The notes under the pieces are model-generated. The model had not been told where the DNA came from and did not search any database. It was given only the letters and a program-made list of their open reading frames with translations. 47,601 nucleotides of DNA from a virus. Both the position numbers and the translations under genes were made by a program. The stretch lies in IMG/VR virus record IMGVR_UViG_3300025326_000063. One strand, 5' to 3'. This document shows, one piece after another, positions 36,799 to 45,969 of the stretch (positions are counted from its first letter, which is position 1; each line of letters opens with the position of its first letter).

Positions 36799-37175
36799 TG
36801 ACTCTCTCTAAGCTGCCAAACGAACAAGACCCGATAGCTATTAGGCAGGCCATCCAGCGCCTGAATAAGCGGCTCGGCCAGCAGGCAATACCGACCTTTG
36901 CCGGAATATCCGTTACGGGCGGCTTGGCTATTGCCAGTACCTTAACGGCGGGGGCAATCAGCGCCGGGGCGGGTTCGTTTACGTCCGTGAACGCATCCGG
37001 CGGGGTGGCGATAGTAAGCGCCCTTCACGTAGCGGCTATTTCGGCTACGGGCACAATATCGGGCGGGGCTGGCATTTTTAGTAGTATATCTTCGCCGGAC
37101 GGCTCTTTCGTGCATCTGGCGGTTACGAGTAACGCGGTTATTAACAGGATGTTAGTAGGCGGAATAACATCGTAA
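36798..37175 (+). CDS. Small fibre-like protein
   Basis: 125 aa with Ala/Gly/Ser/Ile short repeats (AGAISAGAGSF..., ATGTISGGAGIF). Confidence 0.45.
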   Translation: MTLSKLPNEQDPIAIRQAIQRLNKRLGQQAIPTFAGISVTGGLAIASTLTAGAISAGAGSFTSVNASGGVAIVSALHVAAISATGTISGGAGIFSSISSPDGSFVHLAVTSNAVINRMLVGGITS

Positions 37176-37187
37176 GGAGAGTTTTGT

Positions 37188-37604
37188 ATGGGTTCACTTA
37201 ACGATTATCTTGAAAATGCGGTTTTGAACGTAGTATTCGGCCAGGCTACATATACGTCCCCGACTATCTATATTGGATTGGCTACTGCGGCAATATCGGA
37301 AGACGACACGGGTACGACTTTGGCCGTTGCTACTATCGAGCCTTCCGGCGGGAATTATGCACGGGCGATAACGAGCGCGGCTTCTTGGGCGAGCGCGGCG
37401 GCGGGCGCGGCTACGTTATCTGTAGCAGTTACGTTTCAGTCTGCGACTGCTGCTTGGGGCACTATTACTCACTTCTTCTTGGCTGATGCGGCCAATAGCG
37501 CAGCGAATATCCTTGCCTTCGGCTCCGTTGCAACGGCTAAGACGGTGGCAAGCGACGATATAGTAACGTTCGGCGATGGGTCTATTGTGGCTACTTTGAG
37601 TTAA
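37188..37604 (+). CDS. Tail fibre-associated protein
   Basis: N-terminus DYLENAVLNVVFGQATYTSPTIYIGLAT resembles a family commonly adjacent to phage fibre genes (from memory). Confidence 0.45.
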   Translation: MGSLNDYLENAVLNVVFGQATYTSPTIYIGLATAAISEDDTGTTLAVATIEPSGGNYARAITSAASWASAAAGAATLSVAVTFQSATAAWGTITHFFLADAANSAANILAFGSVATAKTVASDDIVTFGDGSIVATLS

Positions 37605-37606
37605 TT

Positions 37607-38731
37607 ATGCCGACAATAATAGCATCTTTAACCGCCGGAGACGATGCCCCGGCATTTGTTTACAATAGCAGTTGGATAGGCGTAATGTTCCGGTCGCAAG
37701 GACATTATTCTTTAGCCTCGGCGCAATTACTTTGCACCCGCACACCGGGTTTATCCACCCTGAATTTCAACATCTACAATTGCACTTCCGCAGGGCCAAC
37801 CGGCACGGCCATTGCCGCTATTACGGTAGATGCTTCCGGTTGGGTAACCAGTCAGGCCTGGCAATCTTTTAATTTTGGAAATTCTGCCGTTTTAGATAGC
37901 GGTAGTTTGTATGGTTGTATTTGTGAAACTACGTCAACCAGCAGCGCAACTCCATTAGCTTGGCGGAATGAAACGGTAAATATAACCGAACACAAGAATA
38001 TAAGAAGCACGAATTACGGGTCTTCGTGGATCATATTAAGTGATAGTTGTTTATTATTTACCGTTTTCGGCAGTGGTGTAACTTATTATCCGACAGGCAA
38101 TATATCCGGTGTGTCTTATCTTAGCGCGTTTCCTCCGAGACTCGATGAGTATATGACGGGAGCGGTTTCTGCTGCTTCTTTCGTATCTGCTGCTGCGCCG
38201 GTAATAACTCGATATTGTAGTGGTACATTATTGGGCACTTCTTTCATTAGTGCTGATTCGCCCAGAGCTGATATGTATATTACGGGGGCAATATCCGGCA
38301 TTTCTTATGTTAGCGCTTATTCGCCAGGAGTTCAAAGATATTTTTCGGGTAACATTACCGGACAGGGGGTAATTTCATCTCTTGTTTTTGTAGTAACTCG
38401 ATACCTGACCGGCGATACCATTTATGGTGTTGGGTATTTGTCGGAAGTGGAAGCAGCTGGCGTAATTCATTATTTGACTGGAACAATTTCAGGTATTGCT
38501 TACATTTCCGTTTGGCTTAACAAGCAGGCGAACCAAATAAACATAGTAAGTAACATCTCCGCCGCTCCGCACCATACGAGGGACGGCAGCGACGGGCTGT
38601 TGGTAAAGGGCGGCGTGGAATCGCAGGGCGGGTACTTCACCGACGATGGCGTGGGCCAGACTATCACGTTCACCGCCCAGGATGGACGCACGGTAACGGT
38701 AAGTAGAGGCATAATAATTGCAATAAGCTGA
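37607..38731 (+). CDS. Tail fibre / receptor-binding protein with seven 21-aa tandem repeats
   Basis: 374 aa. The N-terminal domain is homologous to the insert in 33825-35978. The repeats are listed as a separate feature. Confidence 0.55.
   Translation: MPTIIASLTAGDDAPAFVYNSSWIGVMFRSQGHYSLASAQLLCTRTPGLSTLNFNIYNCTSAGPTGTAIAAITVDASGWVTSQAWQSFNFGNSAVLDSGSLYGCICETTSTSSATPLAWRNETVNITEHKNIRSTNYGSSWIILSDSCLLFTVFGSGVTYYPTGNISGVSYLSAFPPRLDEYMTGAVSAASFVSAAAPVITRYCSGTLLGTSFISADSPRADMYITGAISGISYVSAYSPGVQRYFSGNITGQGVISSLVFVVTRYLTGDTIYGVGYLSEVEAAGVIHYLTGTISGIAYISVWLNKQANQINIVSNISAAPHHTRDGSDGLLVKGGVESQGGYFTDDGVGQTITFTAQDGRTVTVSRGIIIAIS
38087..38533 (+). repeat. Seven in-frame ~63-bp (21-aa) repeats, Y-x-[TS]-G-x-[ILV]-S-G-x-S-[YF]-[ILV]-S-A...
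   Basis: YPTGNISGVSYLSAFPPRLDE / YMTGAVSAASFVSAAAPVITR / YCSGTLLGTSFISADSPRADM / YITGAISGISYVSAYSPGVQR / YFSGNITGQGVISSLVFVVTR / YLTGDTIYGVGYLSEVEAAGVIH / YLTGTISGIAYISVWLNKQAN. Confidence 0.85.
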
Positions 38732-38738
38732 GGCAAAA

Positions 38739-39890
38739 ATGGTCATTACAAATACACCGGCGATAAGCGACGCGGATATGCGTTACACCCCAGAGATTCC
38801 TTACGGAATTGGCACAACTACGGAAGTGCCGGAAGAGGGAACGTTTCTAACGTCTGCTCCGAAACCGGGTGAAGATATGATTATGACCCCGGAGGGTACT
38901 TACATACCGCTTCGCTCCGCCCAAAACTACGGACGGTTCAAATATGGCAAGACCGCCCAAGACCCCGTAATAACCGAACTTTACGGCAACGCGGCGCGCC
39001 AGGCGGACATTTACAAGAAGATAAAGACCAGGTTAGACGACCCGTCCAACGACCTATTGGAGGAACTTGAGCGGCAGTGGGAAGTAGAATACGAGTCAAA
39101 GCGGCAAGATTTGATTAACAAAGAAAATGGCTTATTAGACCGTGCTAAAGCCGAGGGCTGGGACGACCGGAGAACCAGTTTTCTCCGCGATTCCCTATAC
39201 GCCAAATTTGCCGAAGATGACATGAAACTCAAAGGCAAGTACGCAAATATACAGCAGCAATGGGGATTTATCGATAAAGAGGTTGCTCGCAGAGTGCGAG
39301 TAGGAGAGATTAACTCAAGACAAGCTGAGGAATTGGCCCGCAACCTAAAAATGCGGGAATTGAATTATGAATTTCCCGGAACGGTACGAAGTGAAATTGA
39401 CAGAGAGGTCGCCCTTGCCTATTCAGAACAATTGCAGAGGAGCGGGAAAACGCCACAAGATGCCGATTGGATAGCAGGTGTGCCTGCGTCCGTACATAGG
39501 CAAACCGGGCAGGGAACTAACGAGGAGAAATTGGCCAAATTTAATGAACTGCGTGGCCGGAACATACCCGCAGCCACGGCGGCGTACCAGGCAAACCTGA
39601 ATTTATCCCAGCTTGGCGTAACGGCGGGCGAATTGGCGGATGAAACTGAAGAGTGGATAAATGAGAGATTCGGCCCGCCAACAGGAGCGGGTGTGAGCGA
39701 CGTAAACGCACCTGCTACGGGAGGAGGCGGGCAGGGGGCTGCTGGCCCGGACGCCGCAACCGGCCTATTTCAAATGTTCCCCGGCCTACCGCCTCACATT
39801 CAAGCTAAGATTCGTCAGGCAATTTCAGTTGGCGTGCCTATGGAAAAGTTGATGACCTCACCCGACCTGCAACCGTATTTATTGAAGTAG
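38739..39890 (+). CDS. Virion protein (internal/ejection protein candidate)
   Basis: 383 aa, coiled-coil rich, immediately upstream of the giant ORF. Confidence 0.45.
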   Translation: MVITNTPAISDADMRYTPEIPYGIGTTTEVPEEGTFLTSAPKPGEDMIMTPEGTYIPLRSAQNYGRFKYGKTAQDPVITELYGNAARQADIYKKIKTRLDDPSNDLLEELERQWEVEYESKRQDLINKENGLLDRAKAEGWDDRRTSFLRDSLYAKFAEDDMKLKGKYANIQQQWGFIDKEVARRVRVGEINSRQAEELARNLKMRELNYEFPGTVRSEIDREVALAYSEQLQRSGKTPQDADWIAGVPASVHRQTGQGTNEEKLAKFNELRGRNIPAATAAYQANLNLSQLGVTAGELADETEEWINERFGPPTGAGVSDVNAPATGGGGQGAAGPDAATGLFQMFPGLPPHIQAKIRQAISVGVPMEKLMTSPDLQPYLLK

Positions 39891-39894
39891 GAAA

Positions 39895-42800
39895 ATGCCC
39901 GCAACACTCGATGAATTGATAGCCAAATATCAACAAGCCCCCACCGAGTCGTCGGAAGAGACGCCATTATCTCTCGATGATCTTATCAGTGAAAGAAAAG
40001 GCTTTGTCTCGGATTTGCAACCGCGCCCCAATATGCTTCAAGCGATGGCGGGAGAACGCCAGGCTATTGAGGAGCAGAAAAGGGAAGTGGCGGCGGAGCC
40101 GCTTGGAGTACCTTATGCCTACAGCCAGCCGGAGTTATTCGCTGATCCGAGCGGGTTCGACATACCGCCGCCGAAACGAAGCGGACAGACTCAATTCCTT
40201 GCCGACATCAACTGGATGGAGCATCAGGCTAATCTACCCCCTGAATTGAAGAAAAATGCCATTGACGCCCGCACCCTTCAGCGTCAGAAGGAGCGGACTG
40301 GAGAATTGGTTGACGAAATTCAGGGCCGCTATGATATGGAAGTCTATCAAGCGGAACTCGAAAAGCAGACGGGCAAATTCTGGACGAAAACGGGAAAAAG
40401 ATGGGAGCGGGGCAAGCTCCAGTTGGCGGGCGGACTTGCCCACCTTGCCGGAGACGTGTCGCGGGCGGCAAGCGGCGGGAAATACGGCAAGTCGGCGGAC
40501 GATTGGGCGAGAATGTTCTGGGACGTTCAGCAGAAGGCCCCCGAATATGCGGCCCTGGAAGAGACCCTGGTGGATAGATACTTCGGCAGTGCCGTTGAAA
40601 CCGCCCCATTTATGTTGGCGGCGATGGCCCCTGCTGCTATGACGGGCGGGGCGACCTTGCCTTCGGCGCTTGGCAGCTTTCTCGTTTCTTACGGGGTAGA
40701 AGGAAATACGGCGTATCAAACCGCCCTCGATAGAGGAGCAAGTGAACGAGAGGCCCGGATTCGCGGCGCAGTCGTTGGAATGATAAATGGCGGGATAGAA
40801 ATAGCCGGGGGCGGGGGCGGCAAGTATTTTAAGAATAGGGCAATCGCCGCCACGCTTACCAAGATGCAGAAGGCAAAGCAATTCGGCAGGCACGCCCTCA
40901 CAAACGCCCTAAAAGAAGGTCTGGCTGAGGAGTTGCCTCAAGAACTTGTGCAGATAGTTGCGGGCGGCGATGTGCCCCAAAAGGCCGATGGTTCGGTCGA
41001 TTATGATGCCGTGGCAAAGCGTCTCGCTGATTCAGCCGTTATGGGAACGATGCTGGGCGGGATTATGGACCCCTCTATCACCGGCGCGAAGTTGCTGGCG
41101 AACTATCGACGCAAGGCAGGCCCCGCAACCGATGTCGCACAGCCGCAACCAGGCACGATGAAGGACTTGGCCGGCGAGATAAACCAGGCAAACTACGAGC
41201 GGATGCAATACGACCTACTCTTGGAGCGGGCGAGCGAAGGCGAACAGGACGCCATCGACAAACTAAACGCCATCCAACAGCAAGGCGCGGCGTTGCCTAC
41301 CTATGAAGACCTGCTTGACCGAATAAGCCAGGGGGACCTCTCGGCAGCCCAGGAAATCCAAGAGGGGCGATACTCCAGGGGAGCGGCGAAAACCCAAAAG
41401 GCCGGGCCGCCGCCTATCGGCCAAACGTTGAGGCAAGAGGGCGTCCCAGGCGCAGAGGCCGCCAGAATCAGTCCGGCGACGGCTCAGGAGCGCGCCGGCA
41501 TAGCGAAAAAACGCACCAGGATTGCGCAGGAGCCTCGAACTCCCCCGGAACCGGGCCAGGGTAGGGTTACGGCCAAGATTGCGCCCCCTACACCCGTAAA
41601 GCCTACTCCTATTAAACTTGCCCCTGAACAGCAGGAAGCGATACGGCGGCATAATCAAGCCATATCAGAATGGATTAAGGGCGGCAAAAAAGGCCCAAGC
41701 CCTACAACCGTTAGCCAGGCAACAACCCCTCAGATTCCCGTAGAAAGCAAATCATTTAACAACTGGTTACAACAGCAAGGCGTGCGCAACCGAGCCGCTA
41801 TTGACGAATATCTGCGTACTCAGGACATAGATAAAGCCGTTGGCGAATATAGGGACGCCACATCAGGACTTTATGGCGGCGATAAACAATCGAGACACGC
41901 TACTGAATTGATTATCGAACACGCAAAGAGCCGCCCAGATTGGCCATTGAAAGCAACTGCCAAGCCCGCCCCGACCGTAACTACCCCCCAGGGCGAGACA
42001 GTAGCCCGACCCGCCCCGTCCCCAGGGGATAAAGCTGCGAAGAAGGTGGAACCATCCGATGAAGGAATAACATCAAAGGCGTATAAAACAGTTTCGGATG
42101 TTCTTGCAAACAAAAATATAACCGACGACACGCTAACATTCTATCCGCTCCGCAGAATCATACGAGAGGCTTACGGGATAGAAATAGGTATGCCCGATAT
42201 TCTGACTCAAGAAAATATCGACTCTGCCCTTGGAAACGAAAACGAAACCAAAAAGAAACTTGCAACGGCATTATTCCGGCATTTGGCAGAGCAAGAAGGT
42301 GTGGATGCTGAGGGTATAATAGGGCCATTATCTGCTTTAACGCAGCAAGGCAAAATTAAAGCGCTGGAAGAGACTGCACTTCTCGCCGAACAAATCCACG
42401 AAAACGTCAAGAAAAAAATAGGTGGGCAATCTCTTATACAGAAGCCCGCTCCGTCCCCAGGGGATAAAGCTGCGAAGAAGGTGTTGTATCACGTTACTCT
42501 AACTTCAAGGGTCAAAGATATTCAACAGGAAGGCATCATAGCGGGAAAACAAAAAGCAACCTACAAGGGCCAATTTGGAAAGAAATTGGTACAGCCTGGC
42601 ACGATTTATACCTTTGAAAACTATGACGATGCTGTTCGTTGGGCAGCAAAGATGGAATATGATGTGGGTGAAAATACCAGTATTGTTAGAATCAATTCGA
42701 CCGGAGTGCAATTAGAACAAGATGTCAATGCTCAAATACAAATGGGGCGTGGAAAAGCATACAAATCAAAGGCGATTTCTGCCGATAAAATCATAGATGT

Positions 42801-45699
42801 AATACCCTTGACGCCTGAAATGACGCAGGCAGTAGTTCAAACGCTTGGGGAAAAAGAGGGATTGATATATTCGCCGAAGCCCGCCCCGTTCCCAGGGGAT
42901 AAAACTGCGGGGAAGGTAGAAGTATGGCAAATCCTCAATAGTCGCGGAAATCAAGTCGGGAAAACTACCTATTCGTCGCGCGAAGCCGCGCGGAAAGCCT
43001 TAGAGAAAAAAATCACGTCATCAGCAGGCCGGACGCAATTTTCAGTAGAGCAAGTTAAGCCCGCCCCTGCGCCAGAGGGGAAGGAGATAACACCGGACGA
43101 AAAGACCGTCATAACCAATAGCGAATCGGAGCAAGACCTTAAAAACCAGGCCGATAATCCTGAATTGCCCTATAATCACAATAAGGGTATGGTCATAATC
43201 CCGCCCCAAGTTGAGGAGGTGCTGGATTCACTTACAAGAGTGAAAGACGTTGCCAAAGGACTGCCGGGCGCGGTTCGGTACGCAATATACGGCGCGGCGG
43301 ATTACGTCGAGAAACAGTACAAGATACCGGAAGGCGAGCAGCTTGCCCGAAGCATAAGGAGTATAGCCAGGAACGCCGATACCAGAGAGGCTACGCAGCT
43401 TCGCAGAATCAATAAGGACGCCGGTCTTAAAAAGCTGACTAAAGCTCAGAAGATTCTCCTCGTAAAAGAGGCACAAGGTCGGATTTCCCGCTCCAAAGTG
43501 CCCGAAAAGGTTATGCGAATCTCGGACGCCGTCCGACTTATTTACGACGAGGATATAGACGTTGCAAACAAGGCCGGTATCAAACGTAAAGTGGGCGGCA
43601 CTTACAAAACGCTTACCAGAACAAGTAGGTGGATGGGCCAAATACCCAACCAGAAGGGTAGGCACATCCTGTATTGGGCGCGCCAAAAGGGGCTGGGCCA
43701 TCCCCAGGTGGCGAAAGCGGCGGAAGATATGGTCGGAATGGGTTCGGCCAAAGACACTCAAGACGCCCTCGATAAAATGATAAAGCATCGGGAAATGTCC
43801 CACGTGAATGGAGCACTGAGGGGCGTTGACGGCAACCTCGAAAGTACAAGGGTATTACTGCCTGATTATATGGTCGAGTTCGATCCTGATATTATTCTGC
43901 CCAAGATACTTGGCACAAACGCCAAGATGATAGCCGCCGCCCAGGAGTGGGGCGTTCTTTACGAAGGCCAGCCGCCAACCTCCGGCGTACTATTCGGTAG
44001 TGAGCAGGAAATTGCGGCGGCGGAGCATCAAGGGCCGTTCAACTTTGATAGAGTCTGGCCGCTACTGGGCGCTATAAAGACTAAGTACGGCTCCGGCGAT
44101 GCAAAGTCCGTCGAAAATTGGATAAGTACGACTTTTGGCCAGTCCAACGCTATTCCAAGCGGCGTGGAAATGGCCCTCGATTACCTAAGCAACGGACTAA
44201 CGCGGCTAAAACTGAGCGGCGCAACCATCTCCGCCATACGCAACGGCTTTCAGGGATTTGGAAATACCTTTATGGTCTCGCCAAGCGACAGTCTGCGCTC
44301 CTTTTTACACGCTCTTGAAATTACAAAGGAAGGCAAGCGGATTTCAGAAATAGTCCGCCAGTCGGGCGCAATGTCGCACGCGAAAGAACTCGGCGAATTA
44401 TTGGGCGGTAAAGACTTGCCCAAAGGAATGATTCCGTTTTTGGGCGCGGAGCATTGGAGTCAGAAAACGGCGGGCATTAGCGGTATTGTCCGGTTCAAGA
44501 CCAACGTCCAGCGACTTGCCGCACTGCGCAAAGGCAGTACATTAGACAAGATACTCGTCCACTTGAAGCTATTATCCGTTAGACCGGAAGCGTACTTGAC
44601 GGACTTATTGAAGAATAGAACGCTCGTAAATCCCATTACAGACGAGCAGTTGAACGAGTTTGTGCGCGGCAGAGCGCCTACTCTTGACGAAGTTCAGCAG
44701 TTTGCCTATAGGCTTGTTACCGACACCCAATTCCCAATGACTCTGGCGACCAGGCCGATTCCTTACGGCAATCCGGTGTTTCGCGTAGCTACCAAGTTCA
44801 AGTATTACGCCGTGAACCAGACCCGTTTAGTCTGGCGAGAAGCGATTTTACAGGCTCTGAAGGGCACGTTGGCCCCGCTATTGCAGTTTTTAATACGCAG
44901 TGCCCTGATCGGCGAGCTATGGAATCTGCTCAGAGACCTTGTTCGGGGCGGGGATAACTCTATCACTATGCAAATGATAACCAGAGAGGAAAAGCGCAAC
45001 GCAAAAGACTTGACACTGGCGGTAGGCAACGATATTTTAGACGGTACGGGCATTGGCATTATTGGTGATTTAGGCTATGGAATAGGAACAACTATCGGTG
45101 GCGTAGTCGTAGGTACCGGACGAAACACAGCCAGTTGGCTGGCGGAGTCATTTGCGGGACATCCGGCAACGGCCACAAGGAAACTGGCTCGGCGGGAAGT
45201 GGTAATGCTCAAAGATGTTTCCGGCCTAATGAATCGGGCCGATGCCTGGTTCATAAACGGTAATAACAAGTATTTTGAGTATCAGCGCCTACGGGACAGG
45301 TCTTTTGATTTTCAAGACAAGAACAAAAAGACGCCCATGGGCGGCAAAATCAGCCAATACCTTCGCAAGGTCTTGCTAGGCCGGCCTTCGTACCCGTCCA
45401 TTCTGCCCTACGAATACGCGGCACGGCAGGTAACGGTGGGCGATATTAGCGACGCGGCAAACTACTTGGCCGAACATATTAAAGACAACCCGGAAAAGAA
45501 GCGCAGCGAATTAAGGACTTCCATTGAAAGGTCGCGTAACCAGTACGCCCCGTTTGCCGGTCTCGCCGATAAGGACGTGGATAAGTTCTTAGCCCAGTTC
45601 GATCTCAAAACGCGAAGAGCGGCCAGGGAATTGCAAAGAAAATGGCTTGCCGACTATCGAAAGGCGACGAATCTTGCGTTTGAAAGAGCGGAGAAATAG
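39895..45699 (+). CDS. Giant modular virion protein (internal/ejected polyvalent-type protein candidate)
   Basis: 1934 aa. Hydrophobic Gly-rich segments (FMLAAMAPAAMTGGATLP; GGIEIAGGGGGKYF; GIGIIGDLGYGIGTTIGGVVVG). A Pro/Ala/Lys linker region with repeated KPAPSPGDKAAKKV. It is the last large gene of the late operon. Confidence 0.6.
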   Translation: MPATLDELIAKYQQAPTESSEETPLSLDDLISERKGFVSDLQPRPNMLQAMAGERQAIEEQKREVAAEPLGVPYAYSQPELFADPSGFDIPPPKRSGQTQFLADINWMEHQANLPPELKKNAIDARTLQRQKERTGELVDEIQGRYDMEVYQAELEKQTGKFWTKTGKRWERGKLQLAGGLAHLAGDVSRAASGGKYGKSADDWARMFWDVQQKAPEYAALEETLVDRYFGSAVETAPFMLAAMAPAAMTGGATLPSALGSFLVSYGVEGNTAYQTALDRGASEREARIRGAVVGMINGGIEIAGGGGGKYFKNRAIAATLTKMQKAKQFGRHALTNALKEGLAEELPQELVQIVAGGDVPQKADGSVDYDAVAKRLADSAVMGTMLGGIMDPSITGAKLLANYRRKAGPATDVAQPQPGTMKDLAGEINQANYERMQYDLLLERASEGEQDAIDKLNAIQQQGAALPTYEDLLDRISQGDLSAAQEIQEGRYSRGAAKTQKAGPPPIGQTLRQEGVPGAEAARISPATAQERAGIAKKRTRIAQEPRTPPEPGQGRVTAKIAPPTPVKPTPIKLAPEQQEAIRRHNQAISEWIKGGKKGPSPTTVSQATTPQIPVESKSFNNWLQQQGVRNRAAIDEYLRTQDIDKAVGEYRDATSGLYGGDKQSRHATELIIEHAKSRPDWPLKATAKPAPTVTTPQGETVARPAPSPGDKAAKKVEPSDEGITSKAYKTVSDVLANKNITDDTLTFYPLRRIIREAYGIEIGMPDILTQENIDSALGNENETKKKLATALFRHLAEQEGVDAEGIIGPLSALTQQGKIKALEETALLAEQIHENVKKKIGGQSLIQKPAPSPGDKAAKKVLYHVTLTSRVKDIQQEGIIAGKQKATYKGQFGKKLVQPGTIYTFENYDDAVRWAAKMEYDVGENTSIVRINSTGVQLEQDVNAQIQMGRGKAYKSKAISADKIIDVIPLTPEMTQAVVQTLGEKEGLIYSPKPAPFPGDKTAGKVEVWQILNSRGNQVGKTTYSSREAARKALEKKITSSAGRTQFSVEQVKPAPAPEGKEITPDEKTVITNSESEQDLKNQADNPELPYNHNKGMVIIPPQVEEVLDSLTRVKDVAKGLPGAVRYAIYGAADYVEKQYKIPEGEQLARSIRSIARNADTREATQLRRINKDAGLKKLTKAQKILLVKEAQGRISRSKVPEKVMRISDAVRLIYDEDIDVANKAGIKRKVGGTYKTLTRTSRWMGQIPNQKGRHILYWARQKGLGHPQVAKAAEDMVGMGSAKDTQDALDKMIKHREMSHVNGALRGVDGNLESTRVLLPDYMVEFDPDIILPKILGTNAKMIAAAQEWGVLYEGQPPTSGVLFGSEQEIAAAEHQGPFNFDRVWPLLGAIKTKYGSGDAKSVENWISTTFGQSNAIPSGVEMALDYLSNGLTRLKLSGATISAIRNGFQGFGNTFMVSPSDSLRSFLHALEITKEGKRISEIVRQSGAMSHAKELGELLGGKDLPKGMIPFLGAEHWSQKTAGISGIVRFKTNVQRLAALRKGSTLDKILVHLKLLSVRPEAYLTDLLKNRTLVNPITDEQLNEFVRGRAPTLDEVQQFAYRLVTDTQFPMTLATRPIPYGNPVFRVATKFKYYAVNQTRLVWREAILQALKGTLAPLLQFLIRSALIGELWNLLRDLVRGGDNSITMQMITREEKRNAKDLTLAVGNDILDGTGIGIIGDLGYGIGTTIGGVVVGTGRNTASWLAESFAGHPATATRKLARREVVMLKDVSGLMNRADAWFINGNNKYFEYQRLRDRSFDFQDKNKKTPMGGKISQYLRKVLLGRPSYPSILPYEYAARQVTVGDISDAANYLAEHIKDNPEKKRSELRTSIERSRNQYAPFAGLADKDVDKFLAQFDLKTRRAARELQRKWLADYRKATNLAFERAEK
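42011..42918 (+). repeat. Three copies of a ~38-bp linker-coding repeat at an exact 435-bp period
   Basis: CCGCCCCGTCCCCAGGGGATAAAGCTGCGAAGAAGGTG at 42011. Second copy at 42446, sharing a 33-bp perfect core (42016-42048 = 42451-42483). Diverged third copy at 42881. Confidence 0.9.
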
Positions 45700-45738
45700 C
45701 GCTTGACTTAAACTTTATTAGATGGGAAAAGTTAAAGA

Positions 45739-45969
45739 ATGGAACACGAAGAACTATACGAGAAAATATGCAAGCCCGCCTTCGATGAGGTTTTAACTGA
45801 AATCCGAGACCTCAAAAAGCGGCTCTTCGTCGATAACGGCGAGAGTTCCATTCAGTCTCGTCTAAACAAACAGGATGGGGTTCTTAGGGTCTGGTGCTGG
45901 ATAGTAGGCATTATCGGTGCGGCGGCACTGACCGGCTTTGCCGATGTAATTATGTCGAGATTCTTTTGA
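45739..45969 (+). CDS. Small protein with a C-terminal transmembrane helix (holin/membrane-anchor candidate)
   Basis: 76 aa. VWCWIVGIIGAAALTGFADVIM. Confidence 0.45.
   Translation: MEHEELYEKICKPAFDEVLTEIRDLKKRLFVDNGESSIQSRLNKQDGVLRVWCWIVGIIGAAALTGFADVIMSRFF

Noticed and set aside
37607-38731. Diversity-generating retroelement target (variable repeat) in the fibre gene
   Set aside because: No reverse transcriptase ORF and no template/variable repeat pair were found. The repeats are ancient in-frame structural repeats with low DNA identity.
39895-45699. Giant ORF as a tape-measure protein or N4-like virion RNA polymerase
   Set aside because: No tail tube, sheath or chaperone-frameshift genes accompany it, and I could not find T7-like RNAP catalytic motifs. 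It is left as a modular internal/ejected protein candidate pending profile searches.
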